DNA of 63,706 bases, filler included, from Asterionella formosa (GCA_002256025.1; 28 parts of 28 records of this genome joined end to end with filler, not necessarily neighbours in it); one strand, 5' to 3'. Shown: positions 51,490-63,706, counted from the first letter of the whole stretch. Numbers and translations: made by a program. The notes: generated by a model not told the origin, from the letters alone.

Positions 51490-52352
51490 CAGGCTCTGTT
51501 CATGTAGTCCCTTGGGTTCCAGGTGGTGAGGCAGACAACAAGCAGGTCTAAAAGTGCAACTTAACCTCCACAATTGTCGAGTTCTTCAAAAATAACATGA
51601 TACCATAAATTTTTTTAATAATCTATGTACATCAACCATCTTCCCTTTCTATTGCAATCATTTTGGCTGTGTGAACAGGAGAAGTGTCATTAGGAGGGTC
51701 CAGTAATAGTGACATTGCTCTAGCTCTTTTTTCCTGATGATACCAACATACCAGCGCATAGTATAAACAAGCAGTTGTCACTTACTTCCCAAATACCAGG
51801 TACCCCGAACTACTGTAACAGTACCTCCTGGTTCCGGTACCTGGTTACCCCGGTACGAGGATATCATTAGGCCAAAGCGAGCACAAAAGGTGCGCGCAGT
51901 TTAGAATTTTAATGCTGTTAACCCGGACACGTACGTGTTACTAGCATATTACCTTCCATGTATAATTATTTTCTGTATTTGAAGATCAAAATGACTACCA
52001 GTACGACTATCATCGATGTACCGTGGTAAGTCTCATGTTACGAGGTAACCATACTGAACATGTGTAAGTACCAGTGTACAAACGCAGGGAGAGAACGGCT
52101 TCACTACTTCCACAAGCCGTTTCTGCAAACAGTTGATCGATTGGCCATAAATACAGAGGGCGAGTTCTCAGTCATTGTCATGTCGATCGCTTCTGATGTT
52201 ATCGCTTCTGAGGTTATCGATTGGGATGAAGCNNNNNNNNNNNNNNNNNNNNNNNNNNNNNNNNNNNNNNNNNNNNTTAATTAATTAANNNNNNNNNNNN
52301 NNNNNNNNNNNNNNNNNNNNNNNNNNNNNNNNCCACCATCAGTTAGAAAACA

Positions 52353-53380
52353 ATGAAGGTTTGGTTCCAGTTGTTTCTTGGAAACGCAGGACTATTGCCA
52401 GTTTATGTCACGTTGAAGAAGAATGATGTCATTGCTGACTTGATGGAAGCTGTGAAGATCAAATGTGGTGACAATCTTCAAGGTGTTTCTCCAACGCAAA
52501 TCCGTGTGTACCCACCTGGAACTCAAGTGCCGGTTCCTGAGGGAGCTGATGATCCAACCTTGAATCCTGGAGGTCTGGTTGTTCATCTGAATTGGGGAAC
52601 TAGCAGCAAGAATGCGTTCGTGATTGTTGCACCTGATATTGGTACGTGTTTTGATCTCATGGAATACCTTCTATTGTATTGTAGGTCACAGCTCCTAATA
52701 CTTACGTATTATTTCGTATCATTTATCCCATACAAATACTCGCTACTGTTGAAAAAACCAAGGAGCGACGAAACGCCAGAAACCAAATTATGAGCAGGAC
52801 GTTGCCTCCTTAATAAAGGTTGTAGACGAGAGGCTCAAACTTCAATTTTATGACTTGAACAAGGAGCGGAATCAAGATTATGACCAGGAGAAAGCCTCGT
52901 CCTTAATATTGCTTATAGAGGAGAAGCTCAACGTTCATTTCAAGCGCTTGCAGGCGGATCAGCAAGTGCGAAGCATTCCAAGGACAATGCATATCTACAT
53001 GATAGATCCGAAAGAGGTTCCTTCTATTCCTACTTTACCTCCTTCTGTTCCTACTTTAACTCCTAATGATCCTACTTTATTCGCTTTTTCCCCAACTGAT
53101 AGTTACTGGATTGAAAATGTCCAACGGGTGCGGTTCGACGACTGTGTAAGTAGGGGAATCTTATATCGCCCTAAAATTGTGAAGGAAATGATGAAAATGA
53201 TTGAAGATGCCTTCGAGACAATGCGTCGGACTGGAATCATGATCAAAGGACCGGATGGAATTGGCAAGTCACACTCACTTGTCAACTTGGTTCGTAACCT
53301 GCAATATAACAGCAGCTGCAAGTACCTCGTAACTTTCATTCCAGACTGTCAACAATGGAAGGATGTTAACGATTTGTACA
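52353..53380 (+). pseudogene. Crinkler-like gene: ubiquitin-like header plus P-loop NTPase; probably disabled, 3' truncated
   Basis: VWFQL...IADLMEAVK...IRVYPPG...GTSSKNAFVIVAP header; donor GTACGT at 52642; downstream frame has Walker A GPDGIGKS. The putative acceptor reads TACAA and there is a TGA at 52750. Confidence 0.7.
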
Positions 53381-53481
53381 NNNNNNNNNNNNNNNNNNNN
53401 NNNNNNNNNNNNNNNNNNNNNNNNTTAATTAATTAANNNNNNNNNNNNNNNNNNNNNNNNNNNNNNNNNNNNNNNNNNNNA

Positions 53482-54403
53482 GGGTCGTTCTTATCATTTT
53501 CGATTTGGTATCATTTTTTTTGAAAAAGTATCATGTAACGGCTACTCGATTTAAACCGAAAAAATCCATTCTCCACAAAAATAAAAATGAAATTGTATCA
53601 CCAAAAAGTATCACGAAAATTCAACGGTTACGGGCTGGCTACAAACATGTGCTTTTCCTTCCTGACTACCGGTACATAATGGTACCAAACCAGTCCTCAA
53701 ACCATGCAAGAAATCTACGCGAATTATGTATATGGACTACTATAGTCAATGGTATTTGCACATGTATTTGTTGTAGTCACGTGATCATTTTCGTATTCTA
53801 TTGCCTAGTACGTGCTGGACGAGAGATAGTAGAATGTACCGGTAGTGACAGCCAAAGCCAAAGTATTTGCACAGCTAGTATATGTCGTAGTCACGTGATC
53901 ATTTTCGTATTCTATTGCCTATTACCTTGTCATGAATTCCCGGACCAGGTACCAGGGTACCAGGTACCTGTAATTAGATAGCGGGTATGTCTCTATGCAC
54001 ATGACTCAATCTGTTCAATTCTCGACTCAGTGGTTGTCGTTCTTTGGTGTTGTGGCTGAACATTACCACACACGGCCGCTATAATGATTGTACCGGTATT
54101 GTGCATCTTTGATGCACACCATAATATTTTTGTGTATATTATCTAGATGTCAATAAAAGTACTGCCCTGCAGGCGTATTTTCCGTTATTTTATTAGTGAC
54201 AACGGAAATGATACCCGTGTGAAAACGTCAGTATCACTGATACCGTTTTTGGAGGGGGCAAAAAAAGGTATCAATTTTGTATCAATGATACAAAATTGAT
54301 ACCATCAAGTTACCGTTGCTGATACCGTGTTTTGATACCAACCGTCATTTTTTGCCCACAACCCGGAAATGATACAGCAAATTCGGAATGATAAGAACGA
54401 CCC
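53482..54403. mobile_element. Non-autonomous PIF/Harbinger element (MITE-like), 922 bp
   Basis: Perfect 17-bp TIRs GGGTCGTTCTTATCATT / AATGATAAGAACGACCC, followed by TTA; many TGATAC subterminal repeats; 37-bp palindrome at 54267-54303. Confidence 0.75.
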
Positions 54404-54628
54404 TTACATCTACATGAAATATACAAAAATTATTATGGTGTGGATCAAAGAAGAACCATACAATCATTATAGCGGCCGTGTGTGGCAATGTTCACCCACA
54501 ACACCAAAGAACGACAACCACAGAGTTGNNNNNNNNNNNNNNNNNNNNNNNNNNNNNNNNNNNNNNNNNNNNTTAATTAATTAANNNNNNNNNNNNNNNN
54601 NNNNNNNNNNNNNNNNNNNNNNNNNNNN

Positions 54629-54922
54629 ATGTTTAGTATGTTGTTATCCTTCATCAATGGGACCACTGGAACTTGAGAGGACATCAACAATATTAATTCT
54701 AATTGGACTCTTTTTGAATTCAAAGTGAAGTATCTAACTAGAAGTAGTAGTATTTGTTGAATATATGAGCTTATTTGTTAATCCTTGTGTGTAACTCGTT
54801 CTCTAAGTCGACACCAAAGTATACAATGAGGGTTAGTCGAGTTCTCTCATTATTGAGTTCTGATACATATATGATATAACACTAACCCTATATACATCTG
54901 TATTGATGCGCAAGATCGCTCA
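54629..54922 (-). mobile_element. Gypsy 5' LTR (54726-54922) plus 97 bp of leader
   Basis: Two substitutions relative to the 14096-14292 LTR; leader matches 48920-48970. Confidence 0.9.
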
Positions 54923-55776
54923 CCAGGTACCAGATAGTTTCATCCTGTACTACCGGTAGTCCATTGTTATGAATCAAGATCATGTACTACCGGGTACTGA
55001 TACCGATAAACCGCTACTCTTGTGCTCCGGTACCTGGTACCGGTACCACGGTACTGATTTACATATGCCTTTGGGCGTGGGGTAATTTTGAAATTACATT
55101 CAGCAACTATGTAGGAATAAAAATGTTTTACACGAACCATGAGCATACATATTGGCATACCGGCATGTACTGTACCCCTGATTTATATATGTGTTTTGGC
55201 GTCGAGCAAAATCATGTCTACATACAGCAACTCAGATAGAGTATGAACGTTTAAATATCAATAATTTTTTTAAACGGAACTCTATCAATCTGGGGCCGAT
55301 TTCTACTTAATTCTTCAAATATTCAAATGGACACTCGAATCATGGGAATTCATAGAAGCAAACTCCCTGTTCCCTGCCGTATTCTCCAACATACCGGGGA
55401 CCTTCAGCTCCCGGACGAGGAGTCGAACTTGAGTACGCCTGCCGGCGGCAAATTTCAGTTGCTAAAAGACTGCAACGTGCTGGTAGCAGGTGCTACAGCA
55501 TATACTAAATGACAATTGAGGAACCAGGTACCAGGTACCGCTACCGGAGATTTTCTTCTGCGTGCGGGCGTCCTGGTACTTTGATGAAAAGTGGTCCCCT
55601 ATGCATATTCGCGATTTATTGCCGGTATGCACGCTGAATGACAATCTTGAAGCAAACCGGGATGATGTCTTCTACGNNNNNNNNNNNNNNNNNNNNNNNN
55701 NNNNNNNNNNNNNNNNNNNNTTAATTAATTAANNNNNNNNNNNNNNNNNNNNNNNNNNNNNNNNNNNNNNNNNNNN

Positions 55777-56824
55777 AGCTCATCATCCGATGGGGACGGT
55801 AGCCAGATGGAACGGAACCCGGCAGGGGCCACCACCCTTGCCAGGTTCCTGATGAGCGTTGTTAGCCTTCGTGCTAACATAATCAGGTCCCGTTGGGGGT
55901 CTTACGCAAGTGAGGCATTTGACGGGGTCCCACACACCTCCACGGGCCAACGCCCCGACGGGTAGGGCAGACCGCGTACTGGTCAAGACTGGGGCTGCAC
56001 ACAGGTTTTTAGTGAGTGAAAGTCTCACACTACCTCGCCCAGGTGAGAGGGGCGGGGTGCCTCACCGGACACTGGGACATGATTGGATGACGGGGTGCCT
56101 CAAACACATTCCTGAACACGTGAACTGGTGGGAGGAGTTTGAATCCTCCCATGATGCCCCCCAAGCACCCCACAACGACGGGGCAGGCGGGCAAAGCGGC
56201 CGGATAGGTTTTCTCCTGGCGCCTTGGAACAGCCCAAAAAAAAAAAAATGTGGCAAAACTAGGTGGGTGGGATAGGATTCTTGACGCTATGGGTGGCATG
56301 CACTGGAGTTCTGTCTCCTACCCCACTCCCACCCGAGTATTCACTATCGTGACTACTCGCGGGACCTCTCTCTAAGCCTGGCAGGTCGAGATGCGGTTCC
56401 GGGCACGGGGAGACCAAAAAAGTGCCGAAACAAAAATGTGCTTCGACAAATTATAGGAATCGACGGAGTGTCGTTCCACCCGCAGCTCCTCGGGGGCTGA
56501 ACCAAGAAATTGGGACAGCTGAATTTGTGCAGGAGACAGGAGATTCTGCCAGAACAGCGTTCGTGGGCCCTTTCCAAGGGGGGACACAAGGAGAGGAGGA
56601 AAAGGAACCTGGAGGAGAGAGAAGCATGGGAAGAACACAGGGTGGTGACCAGAGAGTAGGGGAGAACAGGGGACCACATGGGGAGTTTCCAACACGACTC
56701 CCGGCGCGGCTCATACGACAGGATGCAGTCCGAAATGACCAAGTCCAGTTGTGTGTTTGGGGGGAAGAGGGCAGTCTCACTATATTCTGGGAACGCCTCT
56801 CTTACCTCTGTCGTGCATCGACGA
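55777..56824 (+). other. GC-rich, hairpin-rich contig; possibly the 5' region of a retroelement
   Basis: Visibly more GC-rich than its neighbours, with several stem-loops and an A13 run; no recognisable domain. Confidence 0.25.
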
Positions 56825-57134
56825 NNNNNNNNNNNNNNNNNNNNNNNNNNNNNNNNNNNNNNNNNNNNTTAATTAATTAANNNNNNNNNNNNNNNNNNNN
56901 NNNNNNNNNNNNNNNNNNNNNNNNATTGAAAATATCGATGGTAGTTTGGCAGTCCAAAAACGGAGCAAATGAAATTGACAAAATATGTTTTATTTGATGG
57001 GCAATTGCAGGATTTAGTAATCCAAAAACTGTACGTATGAAATATTTGTTTCTTTAATATGAAGGGCAATTGCCTACTTCGCATCCAACATACAAACTAT
57101 GTAAAATAGGTTTTCAATGTTAACAGAAAGAGCA

Positions 57135-57570
57135 ATGTAGTGGCGAAAAGCGCGCCGATAGCTAGGCGGGAGGAGTCTACCTACTCCTAATCTTGTGTGC
57201 TCGGCTTGGGAGGCGCGAGTAGGTTGACCGAACAAGTGGCGCCCCCGGCGCGCCTCCCAAGCCTCGAACACAAGAATACTGACAGGCGGTCTCCACCCTC
57301 AGTCGTATCTTACCAGGTACCCCCTGGTACCAGTACCCTGGTACCTGGTACCTTCAGTAGCGGTGGGTGAACATATCTTACGGCTATATGTATAATATGT
57401 ATGCTCTCTGCCTACATACAGGATGTTAAAAGGTCTCGTACTCCTTCCCATCTGACGGATTCCTCTTATGTAGGACTTACCTGTTATACCACTAGTATTG
57501 TTATATTCTTTCTGCTGCTAGCCTTCGTGCTAGTTTTCGCTATTGACCTTACTCTGTCAATTCTCACTGT
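57135..57570. repeat. Dispersed structured element, copy 2
   Basis: Perfect 15-bp stem GGCTTGGGAGGCGCG (57203-57217) / CGCGCCTCCCAAGCC (57249-57263) plus TCTTGTGT/ACACAAGA around the conserved core. Confidence 0.7.
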
Positions 57571-60095
57571 TTCTTAATTATAAGCTTAAACTAAAACTAG
57601 GTTTCAATCCCATTCGTCACACTTCGAGAACCTGTTCTTCGTGTTCCCTTTTCGTTGATGCAAACATTCTTCTGATTGATCTAAGACATCAATCTCGTTA
57701 GCAAGCTTCTTGACATGGGAATGCACCATTTGACTCATTGGACTATAGTCGAGTCCACAGTCCTTGTGACTCATTATAGCCATTGATACTATATTCTTGA
57801 CAACCGGGTACAGGTAGAAGAATTACACAAATGCTCATGAATCGAAGATTAGAAATTTCCCATTACCATGATAACAAACCATGATAAAATGATTATTAAT
57901 TTTCGATTTTGTACAATTGTTTAACACTTTTATTAGTTACTTAGATAGAATACATGTGTCGCTAGCAAGTANNNNNNNNNNNNNNNNNNNNNNNNNNNNN
58001 NNNNNNNNNNNNNNNTTAATTAATTAANNNNNNNNNNNNNNNNNNNNNNNNNNNNNNNNNNNNNNNNNNNNGTGGTGAACTTGTATTATTCTCTATGCAT
58101 ATATACTAGCTTTACCATGTCATTATGAGTTGGGGAACAAAGTCTACAAAGTTTTCTATGCAAGAATATGGGTGATGAATCCCCGAAATTATGAAATTTC
58201 CGTGATCTGCGATTTTCTACTTCTTCATCTGTTGGTGAATCTTGGCAGCATTCCAGACTTCAGGAAGCTTTTAAGTCTGGAATGCAACCAAGCCTTGCAG
58301 AGAGATGAAGAAGTTGAAAATCGAAATGACAGCCAGCAATTGACCCCTCATTTTGGATCACTGCTTGATTGGCATCATGAAACAAAATTAATTTAGCTTT
58401 TACAACACAGGACTTTTTTCAATGGTTTTCAATTGCCCAATGGATCAACCAACAATTGAAGCAAAAAATGTTGCATCTGTATTTAGGAGTACATACATAG
58501 GAATACAGTACATATGTACATACCAGCAAACCGTCAGTCACTAAACCCTGTGTTGTATTCGATGCAGTATGTATGATATGTGGCATCTTGCGGTGCATAA
58601 AGATAATATGCAGATGGAAAAGTGATATGGCACACACACGGATTAAAGATTCAATTCTGATGGACACAGCAAAGCAAACATCGTGCCGTTGCATCATACG
58701 TAGTGACATCAAAAAGTGCATATACCGTATTTTTATGCTTTTATTCATTTATGTACCACTGATGCTGAGGATAGGATCATCGCAACAATCATTCATGGTG
58801 TACCAGGTAGCAAAACCACCGGTATGTACACAACTGCTGAGTATCATGACCGGTATCCGCCGTAGCATAAATGGTTTACGTAGGTAATGTATTACAAAGG
58901 CAAATGAACCGATCTTACCGGTAGTTAATTAATGGTGATAGCTGAAGCATTGTTTCTACTACACAGCAAGATCACGACAAGAAATGCACGCTATGGTACA
59001 TTGGTGGCCACTATTTGTTGCATTGCTTGGCCGGTCTCGTTCTCATCTCGGAATCAAGAATGTTTCAGGAATTACAAACCTTAACGCCGGCGCCCCAATT
59101 ATTTTACAACAAAATAGCNNNNNNNNNNNNNNNNNNNNNNNNNNNNNNNNNNNNNNNNNNNNTTAATTAATTAANNNNNNNNNNNNNNNNNNNNNNNNNN
59201 NNNNNNNNNNNNNNNNNNAGAAGAGCAAGAGCTCATTAATTGGCAGCCAAGCATTTTAAGCTGGGCTAACTCAGACTCTAACATGGCTTCTACGCATATA
59301 GCATCGGCCTTGTATGGTGACACTAAGAAATCTTTGACGCAGGGGTCAACAAGCAGCCGGCACATCAAAATGATCGGGAGGGAGGATACCATCTACACAC
59401 CACAGCTCATGCAACCTAGTACTCGACAGAAAAAAGACTATCCAAGTGCAGCCTAGATAGAAGCAGCTGGGAAACATTCTACAAATACCTTGTTCTACAG
59501 TAACCAAGAATATAGAAGTTAAACACAGAAAATCTAATTGTGAGTGTGAGTCGTCAAGTCCCACACAGCCCTAGACAACCACTAGTTCATGATTTTCGCA
59601 TTTTTAGAGTTTGTTCAACATTTTTAGGCACTAAGCCTATAAGAACAATGGCGAGGCAAGGATATCGCCCAAGGCAAATGTGGCGAGGAAAACATTTGGC
59701 ATACAACCATTCACCAGTAGATGGTCTCTATTTGAAAGTGAAATGATCAGGATAGTGCACCTATCAAGTGAATATGGCAACTATTATGATACAGTCCTTG
59801 AAAGTACTCCCACCAGATAAGACAGGATAATTTGTAAATCTTGTCCTATATTATGGGTGCTTCTCGAAGTGCAAGCAATAATGATTTTCACATGTGTCAG
59901 CTAAAGGATGACATTGAACATTCTGTGGTGTTGGTGTTTGCCTGTAGGTCACCCATAATAATGGACCTGGGTAGTATTTCTTGGATACAACTGCTATAAC
60001 TTCTTTGGTATCATTGAAAAAAGTTCATTTCTTAAAGAAATATTCGATCTGGTTCACGTGCAATACAATTGAAAGTTTAGCTACTCTACTATTGT

Positions 60096-60265
60096 CTAAA
60101 CCTTTCGCTTCTTGTAGCGGACACGGCAGTCCCCTTTAGGTCCAACAACCATGGCAGCGTAATTAATCTCGGGCATTTCTGGGGCGATTCGCTCAATCTG
60201 GTACTCACGGAACAAAATACTCAAAATAGTCTTTACCTGCATAAAGGCAAAGTTTTGGCCCATAC
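60096..60265 (-). CDS. CYP51: Sterol 14-alpha-demethylase C-terminus (not in ORF track)
   Basis: Manual translation (C)MGQNFAFMQVKTILSILFREYQIERIAPEMPEINYAAMVVGPKGDCRVRYKKRKV*: heme Cys plus the CYP51-typical MVVG...VRYKKR tail. Confidence 0.85.
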
Positions 60266-60365
60266 NNNNNNNNNNNNNNNNNNNNNNNNNNNNNNNNNNN
60301 NNNNNNNNNTTAATTAATTAANNNNNNNNNNNNNNNNNNNNNNNNNNNNNNNNNNNNNNNNNNNN

Positions 60366-61412
60366 GCCTTTCTCCTGGACTGAGCTCATTGCCATTGTCA
60401 TCATGTGTAGGTACTCCTCGTGAATCAAACTTTGTGTACTTCGGATGTTTCATTGCCTTCCGATGCCTCTGTTCAGTGGGATCAAATCCCTCTTCGCTAG
60501 CACCAAAGAGTGCCCAATTAGGAGTTTCTGCTGTGTAGTCCTCAACAGCAAAGTTAAATGATGGATTCTCGGCGTATTTGGCCGCCAACTTGTTGAACTT
60601 GTCGTAATCAATCCAAGTTCTCCATGTTCGCACTCCTGTGACTGGATCATCATTGGCAAACTGATCAACTCGGGCCAACAAAACACTACAGGAATGTTTG
60701 TGCTCACAAGCAAGGCCGTATTCTGGAAGAGAATTGTCACTGTCCCGGAGCTTGGCGAGCTCTTGTTGAAGTCGCTTTGTCAGATCAGCGACTTCATGAT
60801 GCCATGGACTGTTGCTCATGTTAAGGTTAGAAGCATCAGATTTTCCACAGAAAGTTACACCCTTAACCTCCACCAAGGAAACATGTCCTAGGGCAATCAA
60901 CATTGCATACCCTTCAACTTCATCAGAGTTCCAGCCCTTTACAACAGTGAGACGGGCTACGGTCCGTTGGCCCTTGCCTTTGAGACACACGAGCGATTCC
61001 TTAAGACGATCCCAAGCATCACTGAAAAGTGGTCGGTCGATTGCAATCAAACTCTCTTGCGTAGGTGCATCAACGCTCACATACAACTGAGTAATTGGTC
61101 TGATTTGGCTGATAGCAGCTGGATGTTGCCCATTAGTAACCAGGAAGGTTGATATGTTTCGGCTGTGCAAGTCGCCAAGCAGTTCATCAATTCGAGGGTA
61201 CATGATGGGCTCGCCAACCAGGCTCAAGGCACAATGTCTCACAGTGTGTGCTTCGCGCCATCGATCCATTTTCACCCCTGGAATTCCCTTTGTCTCCTTG
61301 ATCATCTGCACATGCATCTTGATTGCTGCGTCAACAATCTCAAAGGGGTCATCTGTTTTCCATCTCCACTCCTTGCCAACTGGATTCTTATGATGCCTCC
61401 AACAAAAGACGC
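60366..61412 (-). CDS. TYW1: Radical-SAM tRNA 4-demethylwyosine synthase, internal fragment
   Basis: (C)VFCWRHHKNPVG, HCALSLVGEPIMYP, STFLVTNGQHP, TQLYVSVDA, VEVKGVTFCG, ACEHKHSC; open across the whole contig. Confidence 0.94.
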
Positions 61413-62659
61413 NNNNNNNNNNNNNNNNNNNNNNNNNNNNNNNNNNNNNNNNNNNNTTAATTAATTAANNNNNNNNNNNNNNNNNNNNNNNNNNNNNNNN
61501 NNNNNNNNNNNNAGAAAGACAACAATATGTCACCAAATGCACCCATGAACTACATCCAGACTGGCAACCATGTCCTGTTTCAATATTTCCAACTCCTTAC
61601 TGGATAAATGGGACAAACTTTATTTACTTTCCCAATCACACCTACAATTTTGGAACTCTTTGGTGACAAGGCATGGACTGCTTCTTCCGGATTAGCAACC
61701 ATGTCTTGAGTTGCCTTTGATTTACATTTTGCTTTTGCTTTGGAAGGGGGAGATTTTATATCAAGTCTATCAGATTCGATAGACTCAATTAGGTGCTCTG
61801 AGGAAGTCGATGGGGTTAGGCTGTCCTATATATTGCCTCTGATGTTGCCGATAAAGAGATTTCTTAAAACAATGGGATAGTACAATGTTGTTAAGCAAAG
61901 TTACAAATTGTTATTTCGAGCCCCCTGCTTGCTATTCAAGGTTTATGTGATGCTACTATTTCCTGAATGAAATGAAGCTACTTTCTGATTAGTGATGTTG
62001 CGGCTCTAAGTCTGCAGCATACTACAAACGTGCTTGCCAATAGCTAGTCAATGAGAATGGAAGACCCATGATTAAGGCCATGAGCAACAAACTGCGTCGC
62101 CATCGGGTCCATCTTCACTTTGATCCACATCTCATCTTGAAGAACAGATTCGAAATACGGATCGATGTTCGCAATGGGCGAATTATGATCAAAACGTACT
62201 ATCTTCTTGATTTCGGTTGGAATTGGAATCGGGTATGGCCTTCAATGCATCGTTCTCCAATTCTGTTGTATAAATTGACCAAAGCTTTTGATTTCGAGTA
62301 ACAAACAAACAATCAAACTTCGCCAGCAAAATTCCCCATCAATATCGAGACCATATCATTTTTTATAAGACTGAGATCATCGTCGTCCCCGCAAGAAGGT
62401 AGCTCGTAAGGGATTGTTCAACAAACGCACATGGCTTGTAAGAAATTCGATTACTGATATGCAAATGGAGAGACAATGACGAATACTACTGGTACAAGAA
62501 TTGGATCAAAGCATGTACCGGTAGAGCATTCAAATCGGAATGGCAACAAGGAAGGCACCNNNNNNNNNNNNNNNNNNNNNNNNNNNNNNNNNNNNNNNNN
62601 NNNTTAATTAATTAANNNNNNNNNNNNNNNNNNNNNNNNNNNNNNNNNNNNNNNNNNNN

Positions 62660-63706
62660 AAATGGTTAATAACATTCGAATGTCAACCAACGGAAGCATG
62701 CACCTGGCCACAAATGGTGGATCCATGGTAACTAATATGAAGGCTGATCTTCCAGAATGCGGAGAAGTATGGTTTAATGAAAAGGCTATCACAAATATCT
62801 TCAGTTATGCCGAAATGGCAGATAGGTACAGAATTACCTACGACTCTGAGAAAGAAGATGCATTCATTGTTCATTTGCCTGACAAAACAGTTCGATTTGA
62901 AAGAATTGGGATGAACTTATATGTATTCAAGCCAACTACAAGAATTAGAGCGGAGAATGCTCAAATGTTAAATACACTTGAAGAAAACAAAACATTTTAC
63001 ACTGAACGTCAATTTCAGAGAGCTAAGCGAGCTCGTGATCTATTTCATGCCTTGGGTACACCATCAATTAATGATTTCAAGGCAATAATTCGTATGAATA
63101 CGATCAACAATAATCCAGTGACTACCGATGATATCAAAATTGCAGAGAAAATTTTTGGACCTGACATCGGAACACTAAAAGGCAAGACAACTCGTCGCAA
63201 GCCGCTGCCAGTCGTGAACGACTACATCGAGATTCCTAAGGAGCTTATCCAAGCTCAACGTGAAGTAACTCTTTGCATGGACGGAATGAAAGTCAATGGA
63301 CAATCATTTCTCACAACAATTTCTCGAAACATTATGTATAGGACAGCGCAATGGGTCAAGAATCAGACAGCTGAAGTCTATCGAGATGCTTTGATTCAGG
63401 TATTCCGTGTTTATAATACCGGAGGATTTAAAATTACAACAATCCACTGTGACAACGAGTTTCGACCTTTGATGGAACAAATTTCCAATGAATTTCAAGT
63501 CACTATGAACTACGCAAACCCACAAGAACATGTTCCCGAAGCGGAGCGAAATAATCGAGTGATTAAAGAACGCGTGCGCGCAGCTTATCATCGATTACCT
63601 TTCAAACATTTGCCGCGACTGATGATTAAGATTCTAGTGACAGAATCTGCAAGGAAACTGAATTTCTTTCCGGCAAAGAACGGGATATCCCCGTATTACA
63701 GTCCTC
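62660..63706 (+). mobile_element. CoDi-like copia polyprotein fragment (protease end plus integrase core), uninterrupted
   Basis: Frame starting at 62662 is open to window end: VWFNEKAITNIFS, AKRARDL..ALGTPS, IFGPDIGTLKGKTTR, LCMDGMKVN, HCDNEF, EHVPEAERNNRVIKER. Confidence 0.92.

Noticed and set aside
54726..54922. This 5' LTR as the partner of the 24649 or the 14096 3' LTR
   Set aside because: Its pentamer matches the 24649 copy but the LTRs differ at many sites; it is nearly identical to the 14096 LTR but the pentamers differ (CCTGG vs CCAGG). Treated as probably independent, not proven.
55848..55890. Hammerhead ribozyme (CTGATGAG core)
   Set aside because: No GAAA after the following stem; CCTGAT instead pairs with ATCAGG.
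55863..57533. Shared TAGCCTTCGTGCTA hairpin linking the GC-rich contig to the structured element
   Set aside because: Only 14 nt with no flanking similarity; matches of this length are expected by chance in a window this size.
60096..61412. CYP51-TYW1 fusion or gene cluster; likewise a CRBN-HECT ubiquitin cluster
   Set aside because: The genes are on different contigs separated by linkers.
1051..62659. Regularly spaced TTAATTAATTAA units resembling a repeat-spacer or cassette array
   Set aside because: Always embedded in N44 pads between size-sorted contigs; a concatenation artefact. ORFs ending in X-runs or LIN are artefacts too.

Overview
This window is not contiguous. It is 28 unrelated eukaryotic contigs (26 of ~1.05 kb, plus 16095-32968 and 33069-49936) joined by 27 artificial 100-nt linkers (N44-TTAATTAATTAA-N44), so adjacency across linkers means nothing. 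Short GT-AG introns, CoDi-like Ty1/copia elements and the host proteins point to a stramenopile, most likely a diatom (inference). Recognisable host genes: cereblon (CRBN), a HECT E3 ligase, cytochrome c, partial TYW1, the 3' end of CYP51, a WDR82-like 5' end, a small secreted Cys/Pro-Trp protein and two Crinkler-like genes. Most of the rest is transposon debris: Copia, Gypsy, LINE, PIF/Harbinger, Tc1/IS630-like and Crypton-like elements, plus ~190-200-bp tandem arrays. The most interesting signals are three. (1) All three host junctions of one Gypsy LTR family fall at the same register in GGTA-CCWGG-TACC. (2) That motif belongs to a very abundant family of TA-CC(N0-2)GG-TA units that cluster upstream of genes and appear as insertions when homologous repeats are compared, which suggests cut-and-paste footprints reused as a retrotransposon target. 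(3) A dispersed ~300-430-nt element has a nearly invariant 40-nt core at the tip of a long stem whose sequence differs between copies but still pairs. All calls were made by eye; no database search was run.
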